A DNA stretch of 64,000 bases from Candidatus Doudnabacteria bacterium (lineage in GTDB: Bacteria > Patescibacteriota > Doudnabacteria > UBA920 > O2-02-FULL-48-8), in assembly GCA_039931165.1 (NCBI GenBank), contig JBDTSL010000002.1:7134-71133 (forward strand), in the 5' to 3' direction. The notes under the pieces are model-generated. The model was not told the DNA's origin, did not search any database, and saw only the letters and a program-made list of their open reading frames with translations. Within the stretch, counting starts at the first letter, position 1. Each line of letters opens with the position of its first letter. A program made the translations under genes and the position numbers. Positions 18,154-27,837 of the stretch are shown here, in pieces.

Positions 18154-19278
18154 TTATTTAATTTTTTTCCGTATAAACGCGGGGATCTCCAGTTCGTCCT
18201 GCTCTTGCGGAAGTTCCGGTTCTTCTTCTATCACTTTCGGAGTAAAAAAAGATTTTCTCGGCTCGCTTTTCACCGGCTCTTCCCGCCGCTGTGCCGGTTC
18301 GGCCCTGCGTAAAGTCTCGTCAAACCCGGTGGCCACGACGATGATCTTGACCTCCTCATCCATTTCCTCGTCGATCACGGCGCCAAAAATAATTTTTGCT
18401 TCAGGATCAACCGATTTGGTGATGAACTTGGCAGCTTCCTCGACTTCATACATTCCCAGATCCTTGCCGCCGGTAATGTTGAACAAGACCCCGCGCGCTC
18501 CGTCGATCGAAAGCTCCAAAAGCGGAGAATCAATCGCGGATCGGGCCGCATCCATGGCCCGGTTCTCTCCGGTGCCGCGTCCTATGCCCATCAGGGCCGA
18601 GCCGGCGTTTTGCATCACGGCTTTTACGTCCGCGAAATCCACATTGATCATTCCCGGGGTGGTGATCAGGTCGGAAATGCCTGCAACCCCCTGGCGCAGC
18701 ACATCATCGACGGTGCGGAAAGCGTCGAGCAAAGAAGTTTTCTTGTCGATTATCTGTAATATCCGGTCATTGGGAATGACAATGATCGTATCCACGTGCT
18801 GTTTGAGCGATTCCAGCCCTTTCTCCGCCAATTCCTTGCGCTTGGCGCCCTCAAAAGCAAACGGCTTGGTCACTACCCCGACGGTCAAAATCCCGGTTTT
18901 TTTCGCCAGCTCCGCCACCACGGGCGCGGCTCCGGTGCCGGTGCCGCCGCCGAGGCCGCAAGTGATAAATACCATATCGGCGTTTCTTATCACGTCCAAT
19001 ATCTGATCCTTGCTTTCTTCCGCGGCCGCCCGGCCGATATCCGGGTTCATGCCCGCGCCCAAACCTCTGGTGATGGTCTGGCCGATGTGGATCTTGTGGT
19101 CGGCCGCCGAGTTATGCAAAGCCTGCGCATCGGTATTGATGGCCACAAACTCAACGCCTCTGATGCCGGTCTCCATCATGCGATGAATGGCATTGTGCCC
19201 CGAGCCTCCGACGCCGATGACTTTTATCCGGGCAAAGGTTTCAATTTTCGGTTTAACTTCCGAAGATCTAAATTTCAT
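18154..19278 (-). CDS. ftsZ: Cell division protein FtsZ
   Basis: GVGGSG, GGGTGTG, NVDFAD and C-terminal IPAFIR. Confidence 0.98.
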   Translation of the reverse strand: MKFRSSEVKPKIETFARIKVIGVGGSGHNAIHRMMETGIRGVEFVAINTDAQALHNSAADHKIHIGQTITRGLGAGMNPDIGRAAAEESKDQILDVIRNADMVFITCGLGGGTGTGAAPVVAELAKKTGILTVGVVTKPFAFEGAKRKELAEKGLESLKQHVDTIIVIPNDRILQIIDKKTSLLDAFRTVDDVLRQGVAGISDLITTPGMINVDFADVKAVMQNAGSALMGIGRGTGENRAMDAARSAIDSPLLELSIDGARGVLFNITGGKDLGMYEVEEAAKFITKSVDPEAKIIFGAVIDEEMDEEVKIIVVATGFDETLRRAEPAQRREEPVKSEPRKSFFTPKVIEEEPELPQEQDELEIPAFIRKKIK

Positions 19279-19280
19279 AA

Positions 19281-20528
19281 TTATGGCAAAAAAGATTTAA
19301 ACCACTTGCGCAAATTAGTCACAGTAGTGTTTTCCAAAACAGTGCGGGTAAATTTATTCACTGTGCGGGTGGAGCCTAGCAAAAATTCATTGGCCCAAAG
19401 CACCAGCCCGACTGCGGTGGCATACGACGGATCATCCACTCGGTCGATAACCGTGGTCACCGAACCGGGAGCTCCGGCGATTACAGGCAGGCGGAGCTGC
19501 TTTTTTGCTAATTCTACCACTCCGGGGAGCTTTGCGCCACCGCCTGTCAAGACGACTCCGGCCGGCAGTTGTCCGTCTTTATTTATTCTTTTCAATTCTT
19601 TGTTGATCAGATCAAAAGTTTCTTCCAAACGAGCTTCAATGATCTCCGCAATGTGCTTGGTCGAAACTTTGCCCTCTTCTTGCTTGTCGATTTTACTTAA
19701 ATCCACATCCACGTCTTTTTTTACCTCACGCATCTCGGCCTGGCCGTATTGCAGTTTTACTTTTTCCGCGGTATCCACCGATGTGCGCAGGCCGATCGCC
19801 AGGTCATTGGTGATATGCATGCCGCCGACAGGCAAAATTGTCGAGGAAACCAGATCTCCTTCTTCAAAAACCACCAATCCGGTGGTTCCTCCGCCCAGAT
19901 CGATCACAGCCACGCCCAGTTCTTTCTGTTTTTTTGACAAAACAGCCTGCGCCGCCGCCAGCGGGGCCAGGACCAGATCATCGATCTCTAATCCCGCCTG
20001 CTGAATGCATTTGGTCAGATTTTTTATGAACGGCACCGAGGCCTGGATGATCTGACTGTCCACTTCCATGCGGATGCCTGACATTCCGACGGGATCTTTA
20101 ATGCCGGTCTGGCCGTCGACGGTAAAATTTTTGGGGATGACATGCAGGATCTCGCGGTTGGCAGGTATAGAAATAGCCTGCGATGCATCCACTACCCTCA
20201 CTACGTCATTTTCCGTTATTTCACCATCAGCCCTGGATACTGCCACTACTCCATGGCTTTCCTGGGAGGATATTTGCGCGCCGCCCACAGACACTACGGC
20301 GTGGTCGATCGTCAATCCGGTCATGCGTTCGGTTTTTTCCAAAGCTTCGGAGATCGAAGATACGGCTTCATCAATATCCACGATAACGCCGCGGCGGATG
20401 CCTTGCGATACGGCTTCACCCACGCCAATAATGCTGGGCGAGCCCAGTTCCGATTCCTGTTTGCCTACGACCACCCGGATCATTGAGGACCCGATATCGA
20501 GGCCGACAAATATGCGTTCTTTTGGCAT
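19281..20528 (-). CDS. ftsA: Cell division protein FtsA
   Basis: [31 protein letters not shown] and an amphipathic C-terminus. Confidence 0.97.
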   Translation of the reverse strand: MPKERIFVGLDIGSSMIRVVVGKQESELGSPSIIGVGEAVSQGIRRGVIVDIDEAVSSISEALEKTERMTGLTIDHAVVSVGGAQISSQESHGVVAVSRADGEITENDVVRVVDASQAISIPANREILHVIPKNFTVDGQTGIKDPVGMSGIRMEVDSQIIQASVPFIKNLTKCIQQAGLEIDDLVLAPLAAAQAVLSKKQKELGVAVIDLGGGTTGLVVFEEGDLVSSTILPVGGMHITNDLAIGLRTSVDTAEKVKLQYGQAEMREVKKDVDVDLSKIDKQEEGKVSTKHIAEIIEARLEETFDLINKELKRINKDGQLPAGVVLTGGGAKLPGVVELAKKQLRLPVIAGAPGSVTTVIDRVDDPSYATAVGLVLWANEFLLGSTRTVNKFTRTVLENTTVTNLRKWFKSFLP

Positions 20529-20530
20529 AC

Positions 20531-20971
20531 TTATTTCAAATTTTCTTTAACAATTTTTGAGATCATGCCGCCGTCCGCCTGGCCTTTTACTTTTGCCATA
20601 ACTTCTTTCATGACCTTGCCGAAATCAGCAGGTGTGGCATTCATGCCCATAACGACATTTTTTACGATCGAGGAAAGTTCGGTTTCATCCATTTGCTTCG
20701 GCAGATATTTTTGCAAGACTTTCATTTGTGCTTGCTCATGCTGTGCCAGGTCTGCTCTGGCGCCGGCAGTGAAACTCTCTATAGAATCCTTATGCTGTTT
20801 TACTTTCTTTGCCGAGACAGCCAAGATATCTTCATCGGCAAGGGGCTTGCCCTTTTCAATTTCCGCATTTTTCAAGGCAGCCTTCAAGTTCCGCAATGAG
20901 GAAACAGCCACTTCATTTTTCTCTTTTTGGGCTGTTTTCAGGTCTTCGTCTATTTGTTGGGCAATAGTCAT
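20531..20971 (-). CDS. yqeY: GatB/YqeY domain protein
   Basis: DLKTAQK...DSIESF...YLPKQM...GKVMKEVM...ADG; downstream of rpsU. Confidence 0.9.
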   Translation of the reverse strand: MTIAQQIDEDLKTAQKEKNEVAVSSLRNLKAALKNAEIEKGKPLADEDILAVSAKKVKQHKDSIESFTAGARADLAQHEQAQMKVLQKYLPKQMDETELSSIVKNVVMGMNATPADFGKVMKEVMAKVKGQADGGMISKIVKENLK

Positions 20972-20976
20972 TTCGA

Positions 20977-21216
20977 TCAGCGTCTTTTAAATCTAGTTGT
21001 GGGCGGGAGTTTGCCCTGGCGTTTTAACTCTTCGCGTTTTTCACGGTTGACTGCGCGTCTGGCCGCGTCTTCCCGCAATAAATTGCGGGACCGGTTCGGT
21101 TCATAAAACCGGATTCTGCGAGCCCGCACCAAAACACCGCTCTGCTGGATCTTGCGGTTGAATCGCCTGAGCAAACTTTCAAATGATTCGTTATCTTTAC
21201 GTTTAACTTCTACCAA
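20977..21216 (-). CDS. rpsU: 30S ribosomal protein bS21
   Basis: VEVKRKDNESFESLLRRFNRKIQQSG; TTG 21216 preferred because AGAAAGGGGTGA lies 5 nt upstream. Confidence 0.88.
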   Translation of the reverse strand: MVEVKRKDNESFESLLRRFNRKIQQSGVLVRARRIRFYEPNRSRNLLREDAARRAVNREKREELKRQGKLPPTTRFKRR

Positions 21217-21335
21217 AAAACTCACCCCTTTCTAATAAGCTGGCCGGCCTAGACTCGTAATCGAGAATAACGTAGGCGAGGCTGGCCCAAATATAACATA
21301 AAATTCATAATTAATCAATCTGTCCACAGTTTGAA

Positions 21336-22613
21336 CTACTTCCCCAGCCTTTTTTTGACTTCCTCAATAATTCTTTCGTATGTAAACAGTTCCTGCATGC
21401 CGCTTCTTACATCGCGGAGGATGACTGTGCCGTCGCGCGCTTCTTTTTGGCCGATGATCAGGGCGATCGCGACTTTATTGGATTCGGCCAGCTTGAGCTG
21501 GGTCTTGATCGAGCCGGGTCCGACGAACTCGGAAGCCATGATGTGATGGTTCCAGAGCTCGGTGAACAATCGCAAGGTTTTTTTCGCGGCCAGATCGCCC
21601 AAAGGGACCAAAAAAACATCAACTTTGTTCTTGCTGACGAATTTCAGCTGCGCAAGTTCGAACGCCGCCAAGATCGAATCCAGGGTTCCCGAAAATCCCA
21701 AGGCCTGGGTCGGCAATCCGCCCAAACTTTGGATCAGATCATCGGCGTGTCCGCCCTGCCCTAAAGCCAAGCCGCCCGCAGGTGAATGGAAGCGGATCTC
21801 AAAAACAGTCCGTTTCGACCAGGGCTTGCCGATGACTTTTTGGTTCAGATTGTAAACTATTCCCAGCTCATCAAGGCCTTCAAGAACACCGATAAAATGC
21901 CGGCGGCAATTTTCGCACAGATAATCGATCAGAGCCGGCGCATCAGCGGCAGCGGTCGAGCAGGACAAATTGGCGCAGGCCAAAATTTGCAGTGACTGGT
22001 TATTTTCCAGGTAGTCCAGGCAGTTTTCGCACAAATCGTATTTTTTATCTTTGAAATAACTTTTCAGCTGCTCCTGGTACGTCGGCAGACATTCGATACA
22101 GCCGATATTGTTGATCTCCAGCGACAGGTCATTTAGCCCGATCTCGGTGAACAATTTCAGGATGAGGTTGATCATCTGGGCATCGGCGATCGGAGCTGTT
22201 TGTCCGAAGAGCTGAAAACCGTATTCATGGGTCTGTTTTATATCATCGCCCGAGACAAAAGCTATCGGCGACGAATAATACCACTTGCTGACTCTTTCTC
22301 TTTCGGGAAAATGATATTCCAAATAAGCTCTGACCAAACCGAAAATATTGGCTGGCTTGGCCGCTATTGGATTTCCTTTCCGGTCAGCGAGAGTCAATAG
22401 ACGGTCTTTACCGTTTGACCAAAAGCCGAACAAATGGGCATCCTCGAACATCGGCGTGTCGATTTTGACATAGCCGAAATTATGCGCCAGAGTCACCAGT
22501 TTTTCTAAAAAAACATCCCAAGACAAATGATGCTCAGGCAAAAGATCCGCAGATCCTGTAAGCCTGGGCGGAGCTTTTTCGATTGTCGGGGTGATTTTGC
22601 GCGGTCGTCCCAT
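21336..22613 (-). CDS. HisRS paralog with degenerate catalytic motifs (probable pseudo-synthetase)
   Basis: HisRS layout (GSADLLP, IDTPMFE, INNIGCxxC, Cys-rich insertion, QLK...ALIIG anticodon domain) but no LRPE/D, motif-2 Arg, RGLDYY or GGRY. Confidence 0.8.
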   Translation of the reverse strand: MGRPRKITPTIEKAPPRLTGSADLLPEHHLSWDVFLEKLVTLAHNFGYVKIDTPMFEDAHLFGFWSNGKDRLLTLADRKGNPIAAKPANIFGLVRAYLEYHFPERERVSKWYYSSPIAFVSGDDIKQTHEYGFQLFGQTAPIADAQMINLILKLFTEIGLNDLSLEINNIGCIECLPTYQEQLKSYFKDKKYDLCENCLDYLENNQSLQILACANLSCSTAAADAPALIDYLCENCRRHFIGVLEGLDELGIVYNLNQKVIGKPWSKRTVFEIRFHSPAGGLALGQGGHADDLIQSLGGLPTQALGFSGTLDSILAAFELAQLKFVSKNKVDVFLVPLGDLAAKKTLRLFTELWNHHIMASEFVGPGSIKTQLKLAESNKVAIALIIGQKEARDGTVILRDVRSGMQELFTYERIIEEVKKRLGK

Positions 22614-22631
22614 AAAATTTCGAAGAAATTT

Positions 22632-22675
22632 TACCCCGAGTGAGTCCCGATTCATCGGGACGAACCGAGGGGTAA
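22632..22675. repeat. Nested palindromic REP-like element
   Basis: CCCCGAG...CGAGGGG enclosing the hairpin TCCCGAT-TC-ATCGGGA. Confidence 0.55.
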
Positions 22676-22737
22676 TTAAATAAAAGCTAAAAGCGAAAAA
22701 GAAAGATGTTTTACTTTTTAGCTTTTAGTTTTTACTT

Positions 22738-23367
22738 TTATAAATTATATGCCGGCAAACGGCTGGTCACTTCGTATGCATTTAACGGCAGTACCCTGAC
22801 CAAAACCCTGCCGACCATGTATTTGCGTTCAAGCGGCCCCCAGTCGCGCGAATCGGAAGAAGCTAGCCGGTTATCTCCCATCATAAAATATTCATCGCTG
22901 GCCAAAGTTAGAATTTTTTTGCCGCCCACGATAGCCGCATCGTGCGGATAACTTAAGCTCTGGTTCGGCAGGTACGGCTCATCTATAGTAACTCCTTCCG
23001 GGTGCTGGTCGTTAAATACGATAACTTTGCCGTTGTCGACCCCGATTTTCTCCCCTGGCAGGCCGATTACGCGCTTGATGAAAAACTGTTTCGGGTCTTT
23101 AGGGTAATGCAGGACCACGATCTGGCCGCGCTGTGGGGAACCCAAACGATATGACAGTTCATCAATGATCAAATATTGCCCGTTTGAAAAATTCGGTTCC
23201 ATCGAGGAGCCGGAAACGATAAACGGCTGGAACACGAAATATCGGATCGGTACTATGATCAAAAGCGCCACCAGTATAATCTTCAAAAAATCCCAAACCA
23301 AAAGCAGCCCTGAGGACAGACCGTGGAAAAAATTTTTGTTGGGTTCTTGGTTTTCTGGTTGGTCCAT
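22738..23367 (-). CDS. lepB: Signal peptidase I
   Basis: GSSMEP, FIKRVIGLPG, GDNRLASSDSR; ATG 23367 (the longer ORF overlaps the tRNA). Confidence 0.96.
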   Translation of the reverse strand: MDQPENQEPNKNFFHGLSSGLLLVWDFLKIILVALLIIVPIRYFVFQPFIVSGSSMEPNFSNGQYLIIDELSYRLGSPQRGQIVVLHYPKDPKQFFIKRVIGLPGEKIGVDNGKVIVFNDQHPEGVTIDEPYLPNQSLSYPHDAAIVGGKKILTLASDEYFMMGDNRLASSDSRDWGPLERKYMVGRVLVRVLPLNAYEVTSRLPAYNL

Positions 23368-23377
23368 ACAAATTTTA

Positions 23378-23452
23378 TGGTGGGCGGTACAGGATTCGAA
23401 CCTGTGGCCCCTGCAATGTGAATGCAATGCTCTACCGCTGAGCTAACCGCCC
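23378..23452 (-). tRNA. tRNA-Val(CAC)
   Basis: GGGCGGTTAGCTCAGCGGTAGAGC...TTGCA-TTCACAT-TGCAG...GGTTCGAATCC...CCGCCC-ACCA. Confidence 0.95.
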
Positions 23453-23600
23453 GAATATTAAAAATTAGTAATTAGAAATTAAAAATTCTTTTTAGTAGCT
23501 TTATTAGCTTACCAGATAACAGATGAATTAATCAACCTTTCGTTTTGGTATGGATTAATCGCGATTTTTCGCCTATAATTACAGGGTATTTAATATTCCT

Positions 23601-25103
23601 ATGGCAAATTTCGACATCGTAAGACCCAAGCTTGCGCAAGCCAACCATAACCCAACCCATGAAATCGTCCAAAAGCCCCGCAGGCGTGGACGATTTGGTA
23701 AATGGGTGATTGTAATTTTAATTATCATCGCCTTGGCCGGATTCGGAGGCTTTAAATTATTATCCAAGACCAATCAAATATTTACCGGCCAAGGAAATAT
23801 ATTTAGCCGCTTCAGCAGTTTGATCTTAAGCCCGGACAAACCTTTGATCGGCGAGGACGAAGGCCTGGTCAACGTCTTACTTATGGGTGTCGGGGGCAGC
23901 GGCCACGAAGGCGCGTATCTGACCGACACTATGATCGTGGCCAGCATCAATACTAATACCTCGGAAGTTGTATTGGTTTCCATTCCCCGCGATTTCGCCC
24001 TGGATCTGGCGAATGTTGGCTACAACAAGATCAACGCCGCCTATGCTTATGCTTACCGCGACAATCCGCAGACCGCCGGCGATGCGGCCATTGCCGCCGC
24101 ACAGCAGGTTACCGGATATAAAATTCCGTATTATGCCGTAATTGACTTCAAGGGCTTTGTTCAGGCAGTGGATCACGTCGGTGGAGTGAACGTCACGGTT
24201 GATCACGCGTTTACCGACAGTACTTTCCCCAATGATTTTCCTTACGATACGAAGGGATACCTGGCGCCAGTGACCTTTGCCAAAGGGCAGCAGTACATGG
24301 ACGGACACCGGGCGCTGATATTTGCCCGCTCGCGCCACAGCGGCGATGCCAATGAAGGCTCGGATTTCGCCCGCTCCGAACGCCAGAAAAAAATAATAGT
24401 CGCCATTCGGACCAAAATTCTTAAATTAAACCTTACCAACCTTGCAACCATCAATAATTTGCTGACCGACTTTACCGAAAACTTCCGGACCAACCTCGAA
24501 CCTTTCGAACTGAAGCGACTGGGCGATATTTCAAAAAAAATCGATCCGAACAGCATTTATTCTTTAACCCTTGAGCCGACCGCTAATCTGATCTGTTCAG
24601 CATTGGTTGATCCGAAAACCGGCAAAAGAGTGCCTGATGCGCCGATAAATCCTCCTGCCCCGGAACCGACTTTGGTTCCTCAAACCCCAGCGACCCCAAC
24701 CAATGCTGCAGTACCTGAACCGGCGCCTGAAATTCAAAAGATGTATGTAGTGCATCCATGTGAAGGAAAAACATTAGCAGACATTCATGACTATTTAGTC
24801 AACACCGCGACTCTGGCCAAATATATAAAAGAGGGGGCAGTGGTCGAGATCCAAAGTTCAACCGGCAAAACCATCTCGCCTTCGAAATTCAATAAACTCA
24901 TTGATCTGGGAATTAATGTGCAATATGTGAAGTTCCTCGGAAAATCTACATATGAACAGACGATTTTGTATGATAATTCCCGCGCTACCAAGCCCGTTAC
25001 GCTGGAAGCGATCAAAACCAATTATAACTACCCGGTTTCGGATGTCAATTTCCCGGGATCAACAGCGGACTTTGTGATCATATTAGGTAAAGACGCATTT
25101 TAA
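23601..25103 (+). CDS. LCP (LytR-CpsA-Psr) family protein with LytR C-terminal domain
   Basis: N-terminal TM; TDTM, SIPRD, KINAAY, ARSRH, DFARSERQ; C-terminal ADFVIILGKD. Confidence 0.93.
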   Translation: MANFDIVRPKLAQANHNPTHEIVQKPRRRGRFGKWVIVILIIIALAGFGGFKLLSKTNQIFTGQGNIFSRFSSLILSPDKPLIGEDEGLVNVLLMGVGGSGHEGAYLTDTMIVASINTNTSEVVLVSIPRDFALDLANVGYNKINAAYAYAYRDNPQTAGDAAIAAAQQVTGYKIPYYAVIDFKGFVQAVDHVGGVNVTVDHAFTDSTFPNDFPYDTKGYLAPVTFAKGQQYMDGHRALIFARSRHSGDANEGSDFARSERQKKIIVAIRTKILKLNLTNLATINNLLTDFTENFRTNLEPFELKRLGDISKKIDPNSIYSLTLEPTANLICSALVDPKTGKRVPDAPINPPAPEPTLVPQTPATPTNAAVPEPAPEIQKMYVVHPCEGKTLADIHDYLVNTATLAKYIKEGAVVEIQSSTGKTISPSKFNKLIDLGINVQYVKFLGKSTYEQTILYDNSRATKPVTLEAIKTNYNYPVSDVNFPGSTADFVIILGKDAF

Positions 25104-25107
25104 AAAA

Positions 25108-25186
25108 TTAGTAGTACGTAGTAGGTAGTAGATAGAAACTCAACAATTCTACCTCCCTACCTACTACGTCCCTACTTACTATCTAT
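25108..25186. repeat. Mirror array of degenerate 7-bp repeats
   Basis: GTAG-rich left arm and complementary CTAC-rich right arm between LCP and der. Confidence 0.65.
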
Positions 25187-25195
25187 TATTTCTTT

Positions 25196-26515
25196 ATGAA
25201 AATTCCACTGGTCGCAATCATCGGACTTCCAAACAGCGGCAAATCCACTTTTTTTAATAAAGTTCTGGAACGCCGCACCGCTTTAACTTACCATGAGGCC
25301 GGCACTACGCGCGACCGTGCCTACGGTCTTGCCGCTTGGAATGGATTGTCTTTTTATTTAATCGATACCGCCGGGATTATCAAGCGGCCAAATTCGGATT
25401 TGGAAATAAATATCCAGAAACAAACCGCCATCGCCCGCGATGAAGCGGATCTGATCGTGCTTTTGGTGGACGGCAAGACCAATCCCTCTTCGGAAGACCT
25501 GCGCGTAGCATCGCTTTTAACACAATCCGGCAAACCCGTTGTTTTGGGCGTGAACAAAATTGACGTACGCAACACCAAAACCCAAACCGCCGGGGAAGTC
25601 TATCAAAAACTGGGTCTGGGCCAGCCTTTCATGCTTTCATCCGTAAACGGTTCCGGCGTCGGCGATATTTTGGATGAAATAGTCAGAAAACTCAGCTCTG
25701 AGCGCTCAGCGCTGAGCGCTGACGAGGGGCGTCTGAAAATCGCCTTCGTCGGCAAGCCGAATGTCGGCAAATCATCCTTGATCAACGCATTGATCAAGCA
25801 AGAACGCCTGCTGGTGCACGAAAAAGCAGGGACTACGCGGTCAACGGTCGAAGTTCCTTTCTCCGCCAAAGGCCAAAAATTTTTATTACTTGATACAGCC
25901 GGCATAAAAAAGAAGTGGGACCAGGAGGCTGATGTCGAAGCCGCCGCCGCCTTCCAATCGATCCGCACCATCACCCAGACCGACGTGGCACTATTCGTCG
26001 TTGACGCCTCGGCCGGAATCGAAGTTGCCGATCAGAATATTGCTCACCAGATCCTGGAACAAGGCAAGGCTACTGTCATATTGTTGAACAAAATCGACAA
26101 GCTCGATAAAAAAAGCCAGGACGATCTGCTGGATATCCTCCCTAGTTACTTGCCGCAAATGTGGTTTTTACCGGTTCTGTTTACGTCGGCCAAAACCGGG
26201 CAAGGCCTGGATCTTTTGCTAAAATTCGCCCAAAACGCGTTTGGCTCAAGCAAGCGCGAAGTTGATCCGGATGAATTGGATAAGTTTTTGGAAAAAATCC
26301 TTATTGAAAAAATGCCGGGAAAAATGGAGGACCAAAGAGCGCCTAAAATTTATAATCTTAAACAAATTGGTGTCAATCCGCCAACATTCAAAATGACCGT
26401 CAACTTCCCGGCGGCTGTGGCCGAGGCCTGGAAAAAATGGTTTGAAAAACAATTCCGCCTGAAATTCGGTTTCGAAGGCACACCTATAGAAATTAAATAT
26501 ATTAAAAGAATTTAA
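25196..26515 (+). CDS. der: Ribosome biogenesis GTPase Der (EngA)
   Basis: Two G domains (GLPNSGKS/DTAG/NKID and GKPNVGKS/DTAG/NKID) plus a KH-like C-terminus. Confidence 0.95.
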   Translation: MKIPLVAIIGLPNSGKSTFFNKVLERRTALTYHEAGTTRDRAYGLAAWNGLSFYLIDTAGIIKRPNSDLEINIQKQTAIARDEADLIVLLVDGKTNPSSEDLRVASLLTQSGKPVVLGVNKIDVRNTKTQTAGEVYQKLGLGQPFMLSSVNGSGVGDILDEIVRKLSSERSALSADEGRLKIAFVGKPNVGKSSLINALIKQERLLVHEKAGTTRSTVEVPFSAKGQKFLLLDTAGIKKKWDQEADVEAAAAFQSIRTITQTDVALFVVDASAGIEVADQNIAHQILEQGKATVILLNKIDKLDKKSQDDLLDILPSYLPQMWFLPVLFTSAKTGQGLDLLLKFAQNAFGSSKREVDPDELDKFLEKILIEKMPGKMEDQRAPKIYNLKQIGVNPPTFKMTVNFPAAVAEAWKKWFEKQFRLKFGFEGTPIEIKYIKRI

Positions 26516-26560
26516 AGCACTTTTTGCCATTTGGTCAAGGCTGAGATAAGATAACCTTAT

Positions 26561-27100
26561 ATGTATCTCATTGTGGGTTTAGGCAATCCCGGCAAACAAT
26601 ATCAAAACTCCAGGCACAATTTCGGGTTCCGCGTATTGGACCTAATGGCCGGCGGTGAAGAATGGGAAAATAAATACGATTGCCAGTTTATCAGGCTGGA
26701 TGATTTGATTTTGGCCAAACCACAGCTATTTATGAATTTATCCGGCAAGGCCGTGGCCCAAATTTTAAAATATCACCCTGCCGCGGAACTTATTGTGATC
26801 CATGATGAGTTGGACCTGCCTCTGGGCACGCTAAAAATTGTCAAAAATATTTCTGCAGCCGGGCATAAGGGCGTGCAATCCATCATCGACGAGACCGGCA
26901 CCAAAGATTTTATTCGCATCAGGCTGGGCATCGATAACCCAGAAACCAGAAATGGAATTGCTGGCGATGATTTTGTATTGCAAAAGTTCACAATGCAAGA
27001 AGAAACCATTGTCGCGGAAATCCTGAAAAAGACCAGTGATGCCTTAGAAGCCCTGCAAACTCAGGGGTTTGAAATCGCCCGATCAAAGTATAACGGATAA
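26561..27100 (+). CDS. pth: Peptidyl-tRNA hydrolase
   Basis: LIVGLGNPG, RHNFG, KPQLFMNLSG, HDELD, GHKG, RIRLGI. Confidence 0.96.
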   Translation: MYLIVGLGNPGKQYQNSRHNFGFRVLDLMAGGEEWENKYDCQFIRLDDLILAKPQLFMNLSGKAVAQILKYHPAAELIVIHDELDLPLGTLKIVKNISAAGHKGVQSIIDETGTKDFIRIRLGIDNPETRNGIAGDDFVLQKFTMQEETIVAEILKKTSDALEALQTQGFEIARSKYNG

Positions 27101-27255
27101 AAAAAGTGACTACGCAAATCAAAAAGGCCGCTCGAAGTTTAAACTGAAGTTTAAACAATCGATGGCCTTTTGAATTTTGATTTTTGCCTGTTTCGGCGAG
27201 AGCCAAGCCTGGGCAAAACTTACCCGATTACTATCGGGTGGGGAAGGGAATACGG

Positions 27256-27471
27256 CTATTGCTTGCGTTTCGGACCGAGATCCAGAGGTCCGTTTGCGAA
27301 CAATTTGTCGAACTGCCGTTCGGCCTCAGCTCGAGGTGCTGCGTGCAACTGTCTCTCGGGTGCGTCCGATGCCTTGACAGGTAACGCGGATGGTTCCGAA
27401 GCCACTTGCCTTTTCTCCTTTTTCACCAACCGCGGTGGACCGAGCGGACCGAGTGGACCGAGTGAATGCAT
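27256..27471 (-). CDS. Small hypothetical protein
   Basis: 71-aa ORF with GGAGGAAAAGGAGGG upstream and a 9-bp tandem repeat giving (LGP)3; terminator-like hairpin at 27121-27170. Confidence 0.4.
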   Translation of the reverse strand: MHSLGPLGPLGPPRLVKKEKRQVASEPSALPVKASDAPERQLHAAPRAEAERQFDKLFANGPLDLGPKRKQ

Positions 27472-27837
27472 AGAAATTATCCCTCCTTTTCCTCCAAACC
27501 TGGTTAGGATATAACCACGAATATCACGCCTCCTTCCCTAAAACTTTTCCTCCTGAAAATGAAAAAAACCCGCGCTGATCCTGACCGATCAAATTTTTGA
27601 CCAACCAAAACCAGCGCGAATTTTTAATATACTTAACCCTACCCACGAGCGCAGGACATATACGGAAAACCGCACCTGCCCTGACTTGTGGTTACTCGCA
27701 AACAATAGGAGGGATGCTGCCTGCTTTCGCCGCTCGCAAGGTAGGATGAAAAATACAAAATTCGTCTAGGAATCAAAACCGGGATATGATATTGTTAAAC
27801 AACACCCGACCACATAGCTTAACAGAAAATCCGCCTT

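Noticed and set aside
18017-20004. Long plus-strand ORFs of 329 and 402 aa (and similar ORFs opposite nrdJ, dnaK, uvrA and rnj)
   Set aside because: They are antisense shadows of conserved genes with no motifs of their own.
21336-22613. Calling the HisRS paralog HisZ
   Set aside because: It keeps the anticodon-binding domain and no his biosynthesis genes are adjacent; left as an unassigned paralog.
23368-23427. Extended N-termini for lepB and for ORF 54188-55069
   Set aside because: The extensions run through tRNA genes; downstream ATGs (23367, 54290) are more plausible.
25862-25873. TCCGCCAAAGGC (SAKG) in der as another copy of the 30-bp element
   Set aside because: Only 12 nt match, the hairpin is incomplete and the protein shows no apparent length gain there.
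27633-27750. SRP 4.5S RNA
   Set aside because: The conserved CAGG-GGAA tetraloop-AGCA helix was not found on either strand.
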